From: Thermoproteota archaeon
GTDB taxonomy: Archaea; Korarchaeota; Korarchaeia; Korarchaeales; Korarchaeaceae
Assembly: GCA_027491435.1 (NCBI GenBank)
Contig: JAOZFG010000035.1
Span: 94,393-158,392 of the forward strand
Direction: 5' to 3'
Length of the DNA stretch: 64,000 nt
This document shows, piece after piece, positions 56,605 to 64,000 of the stretch. How positions within the stretch are numbered: the first letter of the stretch is position 1; each line of letters starts with the position of its first letter. Made by a program: the position numbers and the translations under genes. Under the pieces are notes generated by a model, which saw only the letters and a program-made list of their open reading frames with translations, made no database searches and was not told where the DNA came from.

Positions 56605-57531
56605 TCACTCACCCTTCCCCATCTTCCTCTTAATCCACCCTATAACGTCAATGCCAGCCAGGCCAGTCGGTTTGAAGAGGAACACTACCACTATTATTAT
56701 GAAGGAAACTAGAGGCCTGTAAGCTGTGTTCACGTAGAAGAACTCGTTAGCTATTGATATTCCCAAGTTCTCCGCCAGACCTATTATGATACCTCCTGCT
56801 ATGGTCCCCCAGAAGCTAACGAGTCCGCCCAATATTGAGGCGGCGAATATCCTGAGCAGGGCCTGCCAACCAGCCTCTGGCGTCAGGACTGAGTACGCTG
56901 ACCAGAGGCCTCCGGCCACCCCTGTAATGCCACCGGCTATCACCCACATTATCCTCCTGAGCCTGTAGATCCTTATCCCTGAGACCCTAGCTAGGTCCTC
57001 GTTGTCAGCCATGGCCCTCAGGGCCTTTCCCACCTTAGTGTAGTGGAACATGACGTGAAGCAGTATGACGCTGATTATGGTTACGGGGAATATCCAGAGG
57101 TGCATCGTCGTTATAGCTGCCCTCCCAACCTGAGAGACTATTTGAATGTCAGCTTTAGTCTGTATCGTTATTATGCCATTCAGGTCGGCGTATATGTAAA
57201 GTATGTACCTAACTATGAGGCCTATGCCTATGCTGGCGACCAGCAGGTATAGAGTTCTGGACCCCCTCCTGGTCAACGGCTTGAAGACCAACTCGTCCAT
57301 GGCCAAGGCCAGTAAGGCCGAGGCGAAGAACGCTGCCACTAAAGATTCAGCTAGGCCGAAGCCCATCCAGTTTACTAGTAGGGCAGTCACGTAACCCCCT
57401 AAAGTTACCAGCTCTGCGTGGGCGAAGTTAGCTATTTTCGTGACTGAAAAGCTCATAGTGAGCCCAAGGGCCATAAGGGTGTACAAGCTACCCAAAGTGA
57501 GAGAGTTCATAAGGGGCACGGATATGTCCAT
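56605..57531 (-). CDS. livH: Branched-chain amino acid ABC transporter permease
   Basis: ALGLT, NFAHAE, GKALRAMADN..LA..SGI, KPTGL. Confidence 0.9.
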   Translation of the reverse strand: MDISVPLMNSLTLGSLYTLMALGLTMSFSVTKIANFAHAELVTLGGYVTALLVNWMGFGLAESLVAAFFASALLALAMDELVFKPLTRRGSRTLYLLVASIGIGLIVRYILYIYADLNGIITIQTKADIQIVSQVGRAAITTMHLWIFPVTIISVILLHVMFHYTKVGKALRAMADNEDLARVSGIRIYRLRRIMWVIAGGITGVAGGLWSAYSVLTPEAGWQALLRIFAASILGGLVSFWGTIAGGIIIGLAENLGISIANEFFYVNTAYRPLVSFIIIVVVFLFKPTGLAGIDVIGWIKRKMGKGE

Positions 57532-57535
57532 ATAA

Positions 57536-58255
57536 TCACCTCTTACCTAAGAAGGCCTCAACAAACTTCTCGTCCGCCAGGAGTTCCTTTCCGGGTCCCT
57601 TCATGACCACCCTACCTCCAGCCATCACGTAGCCCATGTCACATAGGTTAAGGGCCCTCTTGGCGTGTTGCTCAACCAGCAGGATGGTAACTCCAGATGC
57701 GACTATCTCCTTTATCTTGGTGAATATCTGAGTGACTACCTTTGGAGCCAGTGCAGCGGCCGGCTCGTCCAAGAGGAGTACCCTGGGCTTGCCCATCAAT
57801 GCCATAGCCATCGCCAACATCTGCCTCTCTCCCCCGCTTAACGAACCAGCCTTTTGCTTTTTCCTCTCTCTGAGTATTGGAAACACCGAGTATATTTCCT
57901 CCAAGTCCGCTTTCACCTGCTCTTTATCAGTCCTAGCGTAAGCCCCCATTTCAAGGTTCTCTTCGACCGTTAAGTTGGGAAATACGTTGTTTACTTGTGG
58001 TACGTAACCTAGCCCTATTCTAGCCCTCTCCTCGGGCAACATCTTAGTTATATCCCTACCTTCGTAGATTATCTGTCCCTTGAACACCCTGGTTAGCCCG
58101 AATATCGTCTTGAGGAACGTGCTCTTCCCAGATCCGTTAGGGCCTACTATCGCGGTTATTTTTCCTCTCTCTATGTCTATATTAACGTCTTGGATGATGA
58201 TTGCCTTACCATAGCCGGCGGTGATGCCCCTAGCCTGAATAATCGCATCGGCCAT
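57536..58255 (-). CDS. livF: Branched-chain amino acid ABC transporter ATPase
   Basis: GPNGSGKST, LSGGERQMLA, LLVEQ. Confidence 0.92.
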   Translation of the reverse strand: MADAIIQARGITAGYGKAIIIQDVNIDIERGKITAIVGPNGSGKSTFLKTIFGLTRVFKGQIIYEGRDITKMLPEERARIGLGYVPQVNNVFPNLTVEENLEMGAYARTDKEQVKADLEEIYSVFPILRERKKQKAGSLSGGERQMLAMAMALMGKPRVLLLDEPAAALAPKVVTQIFTKIKEIVASGVTILLVEQHAKRALNLCDMGYVMAGGRVVMKGPGKELLADEKFVEAFLGKR

Positions 58256-58256
58256 A

Positions 58257-59015
58257 TCACTCACCCAGGTAAGCGTCTATAACCCTCGGATCCTTGTACA
58301 CGCCTTCTGGATCTCCATCGTATATTAGCTCGCCGTAGTTCATCACCATCACCCTCTCAACGTAGTCGAAAAGTATATCGAGCCTGTGCTCTATTATCAG
58401 GAAGGTGAGACCGTACTCGTCCCTTAGCCTGACTATATGGGAGAAGATCTCCCTAGCTAGCTTGGGAGCCACCCCTGCGATGGGCTCGTCTAGTAGGAGC
58501 AACTTAGGCTCGGACATCAGGGACCTGGATATTTCGGTGAGCTTCATCTGACCTCCGCTCAACTCAGTGGCCCAATTATTTCTCACCCTGAAGAGCTGGA
58601 ACTCCTTTAGGGTAGATAAGGCTTTTTTAGCGTTTTCAGTCTCCTGATCCCTCCACAGGTGATGGAAGGGAGCTATCCAAGGGTTTTCTCCCTTTTGATG
58701 TCTGAAGGGCACCATCGTGTTTTCGATTACCAACATTTTATGGAATAGCCTCGGAACCTGAAAGCTTCTGACTATACCTTTGTGGTATATCTCCCAAGGG
58801 TCTAGTCCAGTTATGTCCTCTCCCTGGAAGTAGACCTTCCCCTTGTTGGGTTTGTATATCCCGGAGATCGTGTTTATCAGAGTTGTCTTTCCTGAACCGT
58901 TAGGACCTATTAATCCCACTATCTCGTGCTCAGATACTTTAAAAGAAACGCCGTCCACAGCTCTAATACCGCCAAAATATTTTGCGAGTCCTTCTACCCT
59001 AAGAAGCTCGGCCAT
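58257..59015 (-). CDS. livG: Branched-chain amino acid ABC transporter ATPase
   Basis: FGGIRAV, GPNGSGKTT, IEH, VIDAYLG. Confidence 0.92.
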   Translation of the reverse strand: MAELLRVEGLAKYFGGIRAVDGVSFKVSEHEIVGLIGPNGSGKTTLINTISGIYKPNKGKVYFQGEDITGLDPWEIYHKGIVRSFQVPRLFHKMLVIENTMVPFRHQKGENPWIAPFHHLWRDQETENAKKALSTLKEFQLFRVRNNWATELSGGQMKLTEISRSLMSEPKLLLLDEPIAGVAPKLAREIFSHIVRLRDEYGLTFLIIEHRLDILFDYVERVMVMNYGELIYDGDPEGVYKDPRVIDAYLGE

Positions 59016-59061
59016 TTTATCCACCTAAAACCAGTCTGATAAAGGAAAAATGAGGGAAAAA

Positions 59062-60402
59062 TTAGGGCTGCTCGAACAGGGTGACGGCCTTGGTGGTGCC
59101 GTCGTACTTACCTATCGGGACGAAGTTCCAAGTCCCGTCGGGCAACTTCCTCGGAGCCACTATGTCGTAAATGGGTACGGCAGCATCTCCATACTCGTCG
59201 AGCAGCTTCCATCCGGTAACGCCGTAGAAGTGCTTGGCTATCACGGGCAGGATCTTCTGGAAAGCCACCCCGTCATACTTGTGGGCTACGAGCACGGTCA
59301 GACCGGCTATCCAGGCGGCGTCGTAGGCGTAGAACGTGTAAGTGCTGGCCTCGGGCGACTCGCCAAACTTCTTGGTGTACTCCTCTATGAACTCCTTGAC
59401 CAGCGGGTTGTCCTTAGAGCCCACGGCTGGCGTGGTCGCCATGAAGTGGACCTTCTGCAGGAAGAGGGCTATGTCCTCCTTAGACTTGGGCGGCAGGAAG
59501 GTGGCCCTCTTCATTGAGTCGGGACCGAACCACCTGACCTTGCTCAGGGTCGGATCAAGCCTGGCAGCCTCAAGTATCTTGATTCCATCGTCGTCGAAGG
59601 CTATTATAAGCACCCCAGTCTCAGCGTCGGCGCCGAACTTGTTCACCGCGTTGCTAGCCCTCTCAACGTCAGCGCTCAGGTCAGGCTGGGTGTGGTCGTA
59701 TATTATCTTCTCAACCTGTCCTCCGAGCTTCTTGAAGTTCTCCTCAACCAGGTCAGCGAGCCCCTTACCATAGTCGTCGTTTCTGGCCAGTATGACCAGC
59801 TTCTTTATGCCCTGCTGCCATATTATGTTGGCGAGGGCCGGACCCTGATACTTGTCAGGTGATGGAGCTCTAAAGCAGAAGTCACCCTTAACCATGGCAG
59901 CAGTGCCGGTGCTGCTCGGGCTTATGGCAGTTATCTTGTTGGTCTTAAGGAAGTCAAGGACGGCCTTACACTCGCTGGTAGCAAGAGGACCAACTACCAT
60001 CTTCACTCCAGCGGAGTTAAGCTTCTCCAGGGCAGCTATGGCACCCTCAGCGCTGGTTTTAGTGTCCTCATGAATGTACTTGAGCCTGACGGGAGAGCCC
60101 GCCTCCTCCAACATCTTGTTGATCTGTTCAATGGCGAGGATGGCTCCATTCCTCCTCCTCGGCCCGTCTACAGCATACCCTCCGGTTACGGCGATAGCTA
60201 GACCTATAACATATTCCTTCTGCTCAGCTGGTTTGGGCGGAGCGGTCCCAGCGGCGCCGGTCTTTGTTATGGTGGTAGTTACAGTTACAGTTTTAACACC
60301 TCCAGTGGCGGCGGCAGGAGCCGAAGGCTTTGCCATATAACCTATTCCTATACCCAACAGGAATACCACTATAAGGAGTACTCCCCAGACCTTTGTGTCC
60401 AT
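59062..60402 (-). CDS. livK: Liv-type ABC substrate-binding protein with N-terminal TM and Thr-rich linker
   Basis: EDTKT, VVGP..TS, ISPSST, DDYG.GL, YAYDA. Confidence 0.88.
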   Translation of the reverse strand: MDTKVWGVLLIVVFLLGIGIGYMAKPSAPAAATGGVKTVTVTTTITKTGAAGTAPPKPAEQKEYVIGLAIAVTGGYAVDGPRRRNGAILAIEQINKMLEEAGSPVRLKYIHEDTKTSAEGAIAALEKLNSAGVKMVVGPLATSECKAVLDFLKTNKITAISPSSTGTAAMVKGDFCFRAPSPDKYQGPALANIIWQQGIKKLVILARNDDYGKGLADLVEENFKKLGGQVEKIIYDHTQPDLSADVERASNAVNKFGADAETGVLIIAFDDDGIKILEAARLDPTLSKVRWFGPDSMKRATFLPPKSKEDIALFLQKVHFMATTPAVGSKDNPLVKEFIEEYTKKFGESPEASTYTFYAYDAAWIAGLTVLVAHKYDGVAFQKILPVIAKHFYGVTGWKLLDEYGDAAVPIYDIVAPRKLPDGTWNFVPIGKYDGTTKAVTLFEQP

Positions 60403-60803
60403 AGTATCACCTCATTTGCGATCCCCTGGTAAGGGGGACCTCCAGAAAGGCCAAGGAACTCCTGAAACCGAACTTTTATAAACGTTTTGTAAAAAAATTC
60501 TCTTTTTGGAATAACGGATAAGATTTTTTATAATGACTTAAATTATTAAAACTTTTATTCTAAAAAATTGGGATAATGAACATCAGTTGAGTTCGGATTA
60601 GGATAAAACAACTTGTTTATAGAGTTGTGGCGGTTGTCGAATTAGGTGATTACGTCTCGCATGTATATTCAAAAATAACTTACTATATAGTTGTACTTTA
60701 CTTAACATTTAACTCAAATTCACCGTTATAAAAGCCTAATAAGGATTCTTATCCCCTTTTTTGTACGAAAGATTTATAAGCTAGATAATGCAGCTCTATA
60801 CTC

Positions 60804-60895
60804 GGGGGGTGAGAGGATGTGGGTGGGAGGTCCGATAGGACCTTAGCACCCTACTCTCACCTCCTCTCATAAAATAAGCAACAATGGCTTTTTTG
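60804..60895 (+). ncRNA. Promoter-driven GC-rich hairpin RNA containing a Met-Trp minigene (60817-60846)
   Basis: BRE/TATA CGAAAG-ATTTATAA at ~60766-60779; 12-bp + 5-bp + 6-bp stems at 60804-60865 (G.U pairs favour the + strand); T6 tract at 60889-60894. Confidence 0.5.
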
Positions 60896-61020
60896 TGTAA
60901 GTGATTTCTGCTTCCAGAGGCGATTAGACCAACTATTTACTAAGTCGGCGCGACGATTGCTCACTAAAAAGTTTTTTAACCCCGAGGGCACGCTTAGCTT
61001 GACCGAGAGGGTGATGGTGT

Positions 61021-63240
61021 TTGCAGAAGTACAAGAAGATCGTTGAGCACCTTAAGGATCTCATGAGGGATCCCCGGAACATAAAGAATATCGGCATTAT
61101 TGCCCATGTAGACCACGGGAAGACCACTCTATCTGATAACCTGCTTTCAGCCGCTGGAATGATAAGCGATAAGATGGCCGGAGAGATGAGGGCCCTGGAC
61201 TACCACGAAATAGAGCAGGCCAGGGGCATAACCATAAAGGCCGCCAACATATCGCTTTACTACCAGAAGGACGGCAAGGAGTATGCAATAAACATGGTAG
61301 ATACCCCAGGACACATAGACTTCACTGGTCACGTCACTAGGTCTCTCAGGGTTATAGACGGCGCCATAGTCGTGGTCGACGCTGTAGAGGAGGTTATGGT
61401 TCAGACTGAAACTGTGACCAGGCAGGCCCTTGAGGAGAGAGTGAGGCCCCTTCTCTTCATAAACAAAGTTGATAGGCTGATTAAGGAGCTCAAGCTCACT
61501 CCTCAGGACGTTCAGAAGAAGATAATGAGGATAATAAGGGAGTTCAACGATCTGATAGATGCTTACGCTGAACCCGAATTCAAAGACAAGTGGAAGGTAA
61601 GGTGGGACAACGACAGCGTGGCCTTTGGCTCGGCCCTTCACGGATGGGGTCTGACTAACTCAATAGCCGCCAAGAAGGGGGTAAAGTTCACCGACATAAT
61701 AAAGGCTTATGAGGAAGATCCCTCGGGAACCATCCTCAAGAAGGAAATACCGGTGCACGAGGCCTTGCTGGACATGGTAGCGCTGCACGTGCCTAACCCG
61801 ATAGAGGCTCAATCCTACAGGGTTGACAGGCTTTGGAAGGATAAGCACGATGAGGAGATCCTGCAAGCTTTAAAGACCTGCGATCCCAACGGCCCCTTGA
61901 TAATAGGTATAAACGCCGTGAAAGTGGATCCCCACGCCGGCATTGTCGTGACAGGAAGGGTGTTCAGCGGAACTTTAAGGGAGGGACAGGAGGTCTACCT
62001 ACTAAACGCCAGGAAGGCTCAGAGAATTCAGCAAACCAGCATTTACATGGGTCCCTACAGGATAAGAATGGAGGAGATACCTGCTGGCAATATAGCCGCT
62101 ATACTGGGACTCACCTCAGCCAGCAGCGGTGAAACGGTGGTTGACCCGTCAATAAAGGAGAGGGTTGAAGCAGGATTCGAGGCGATAAGGTATGTGACGG
62201 AGCCCGTGGTTACCGTGGCTGTGGAGGCTAAAAGGCCCCAGGACCTGCCTAAGCTAATAGACACGATAAGGAAGCTAACGCTGCAGGACCCCAACCTGGT
62301 CATGATACACAACCAGGAGACTGGGGAGATCCTGCTCAAGGGAACTGGAGAGCTACACCTAGAGATATCCCTGTACGAGGTGAAGAAGGCCGGCCTAGAG
62401 TTCGAGGTTAGCGAGCCCACTGTGGTTTATAGGGAGAGCATAAAGGGGACTAGCGACGTTGTGCTAGCCAAGTCTCCCAACAAACTCAACAGACTGTGGG
62501 TCACCGCTTCTCCTCTGCCTGAGGAGGTGGTGAACCTAATTAAGACCAGGGAAGTGCACGAGAGGATGGATAGCAGGAGCATAGCCAAGGTGCTCAGAGA
62601 GAAGGGAGGCATGGACACTGAGGATGCGAGAAACGTTTGGAAGATTGATGAGGAGAACTACAACTTGCTGATAAACAGGACTGTTGGAGTTCAGAGGCTC
62701 GACGAGGTCAGAGAGATATTGAAGCAGGGGTTCATGTGGGTCATGAGGGAAGGCCCCCTGGCTGGGGAACCTGTTATGGGAGTGGCCATAAGGCTAGTTA
62801 ACGCCATGATACATGAGGATCCTGCCCATAGGGGCCCAGCTCAGCTGACCCCCACCATAAGGAGGGCAATATTCGGGGCTATGCTCAGCGCCGACCCCGT
62901 GCTCCTGGAGCCCATATACGAGATACAGGTCTCCACACCGCCAGAGCTTATAGGTGCTGTAATTTCCCTCATATCCCAGAAAAGAGGAAAAATTATAGGA
63001 GTTGAGGAGAGGGGTAGAATAAGCATAGTGAAGGGGTACATACCAGTCAGAGAAACCTTGGGAGGCTTCAGCAATGAGATGAGAGGCGTCACCAGCGGAA
63101 GGGCGTTCTGGCAGACTAAGTTCTCCCACTGGGAGCCTTTACCCAAGAGTTTAATGGAGCAAGTAATCATGGAGATAAGGAGAAGGAAGGGAATGAAAGA
63201 GGAGATACCTAGGGCAGAGGAGTACATGGACACTCTGTAA
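61021..63240 (+). CDS. fusA: Archaeal translation elongation factor 2
   Basis: AHVDHGKTT, RGITI, DTPGH, NKVD, GELHLE, KSPNK.N, diphthamide loop HEDPAHRG. Confidence 0.96.
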   Translation: MQKYKKIVEHLKDLMRDPRNIKNIGIIAHVDHGKTTLSDNLLSAAGMISDKMAGEMRALDYHEIEQARGITIKAANISLYYQKDGKEYAINMVDTPGHIDFTGHVTRSLRVIDGAIVVVDAVEEVMVQTETVTRQALEERVRPLLFINKVDRLIKELKLTPQDVQKKIMRIIREFNDLIDAYAEPEFKDKWKVRWDNDSVAFGSALHGWGLTNSIAAKKGVKFTDIIKAYEEDPSGTILKKEIPVHEALLDMVALHVPNPIEAQSYRVDRLWKDKHDEEILQALKTCDPNGPLIIGINAVKVDPHAGIVVTGRVFSGTLREGQEVYLLNARKAQRIQQTSIYMGPYRIRMEEIPAGNIAAILGLTSASSGETVVDPSIKERVEAGFEAIRYVTEPVVTVAVEAKRPQDLPKLIDTIRKLTLQDPNLVMIHNQETGEILLKGTGELHLEISLYEVKKAGLEFEVSEPTVVYRESIKGTSDVVLAKSPNKLNRLWVTASPLPEEVVNLIKTREVHERMDSRSIAKVLREKGGMDTEDARNVWKIDEENYNLLINRTVGVQRLDEVREILKQGFMWVMREGPLAGEPVMGVAIRLVNAMIHEDPAHRGPAQLTPTIRRAIFGAMLSADPVLLEPIYEIQVSTPPELIGAVISLISQKRGKIIGVEERGRISIVKGYIPVRETLGGFSNEMRGVTSGRAFWQTKFSHWEPLPKSLMEQVIMEIRRRKGMKEEIPRAEEYMDTL

Positions 63241-63249
63241 ACCTTTACA

Positions 63250-63285
63250 CTTTTTCCTTAAATTATAAACTTCCTTTCTTTTTAA
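63250..63285 (+). terminator. Oligo-T terminator tracts after EF-2
   Basis: CTTTTTCC and TTTCTTTTT immediately 3' of the stop codon. Confidence 0.5.
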
Positions 63286-63527
63286 AACATTCCATATGAA
63301 GGTGAGGTATGAAACCTTAGCTCTTTCAAAGATGACTAGTGGTTAAATTCACAACCTAGCCAGCAGGAGAAATGGGCTGATCATCCAAGACTTTAATCCG
63401 CACCCCGTCTAGCTGGATTGCTTAGACACTCATGAGCCGGCCGTAAGTTATCAGCATGCCAATTCTGATGAAGAAAACTTAACGAGTTACTCCGCTTAGA
63501 ATCAAGAGATTGGAGTTAGCAAATGAG

Positions 63528-64000
63528 GTGCTGTCAACTTAAGGCCACCTCCACGCTTTAACGCCAGCGTGAGCATTTTCTACATTCGGGGCCTGACACA
63601 AGGTACTGGCTCTCTTGAAGGTCATGTGGCTGACGAAGTTTAGAGGACATGAATCGAAGCCTTCCCAGCTGTGTTGAGCAGGTAACGCTTGCTGTGAATA
63701 GACGTCGAATCCCCTAAGCCTGTCTTATGGCCTATGACCTTAACGTAGCTCCTCTCGCCACCGCTCATCACGTGTCTAAGGCAAGGGAGGCTGCAGCACG
63801 CCTGTACCAGCTTCACCCGTGATGACCGCTGACGCCCCTCCCCCTTGACCTTCTTAGAAGGCCCTGGCATCGCCCCAGCTCCTTCCTTCGGTAAGCTCAA
63901 GCTAGAAAGCCTGTCTCAGGGTCCAGCGCCACCCCAGTAAACCTTACAGCGAAGTTCACAACTGTCTCGTCCACGACAGCCACTCCCTTGCTTTTAACAG
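63528..64000 (-). mobile_element. IS6-family transposase pseudogene and terminal repeat (runs off the window end)
   Basis: End CTGTCAACTT at 63531-63540; minus-strand relics AVVDETVV, ALDPET, RHVMSGGERSYV and RLRGFDVY broken by stops and frameshifts. Confidence 0.8.

Noticed and set aside
60403-60480. ATG-AGG-TGA micro-ORF and small hairpin in the livK leader (similar ATG-CCT-AGC-TGA at 33594-33605)
   Set aside because: These arise trivially from the (T)GAGGTGA RBS sequence, and there is no enrichment of relevant codons.
60796-60864. Minus-strand mini-ORF after a perfect GGAGGTGA (MLRSYRTSHPHPLTPRV)
   Set aside because: It is the complement of the hairpin arm. The G.U pairs and TATA position favour the + strand, although it is not fully excluded.
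1-64000. CRISPR arrays, rRNA genes, proviral or integrase genes
   Set aside because: No regularly spaced repeats, long rRNA-like tracts or viral hallmark ORFs were seen. The short rRNA-matching segments are guide-length only.

Overview
Gene-dense window from an archaeon, probably a thermophilic TACK-type lineage. Evidence: aEF-2, Sec61beta, GGAGGTGA-type RBSs, TATA boxes and C/D-box sRNAs. Korarchaeia is only a guess. Most of the content is housekeeping or heterotrophic metabolism: lysC/asd, a 4-subunit 2-oxoacid:ferredoxin oxidoreductase, glyS, hisD-hisS, trpB2, peptidases, a Liv-type ABC transporter, EF-2 and tRNA-Lys(UUU). Accessory items: an octaheme HAO-family cytochrome with a ccmC-E-A-B cassette, a CstA + small protein + twin ArsA/Get3 ATPase operon, an SQR-like/DUF1641 pair, VapBC and two decayed IS6 elements. 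The most interesting signals lie outside the ORF track. (1) A Met-Trp minigene with a perfect RBS and an anti-RBS switch element precedes trpB2. (2) A second promoter-driven Met-Trp minigene sits inside a long hairpin upstream of EF-2. (3) There are two C/D-box guide RNAs: one predicted to target 23S C1920, the other carrying a duplicated guide against the 16S 915-930 region. All calls come from reading motifs by eye; no database searches were run.
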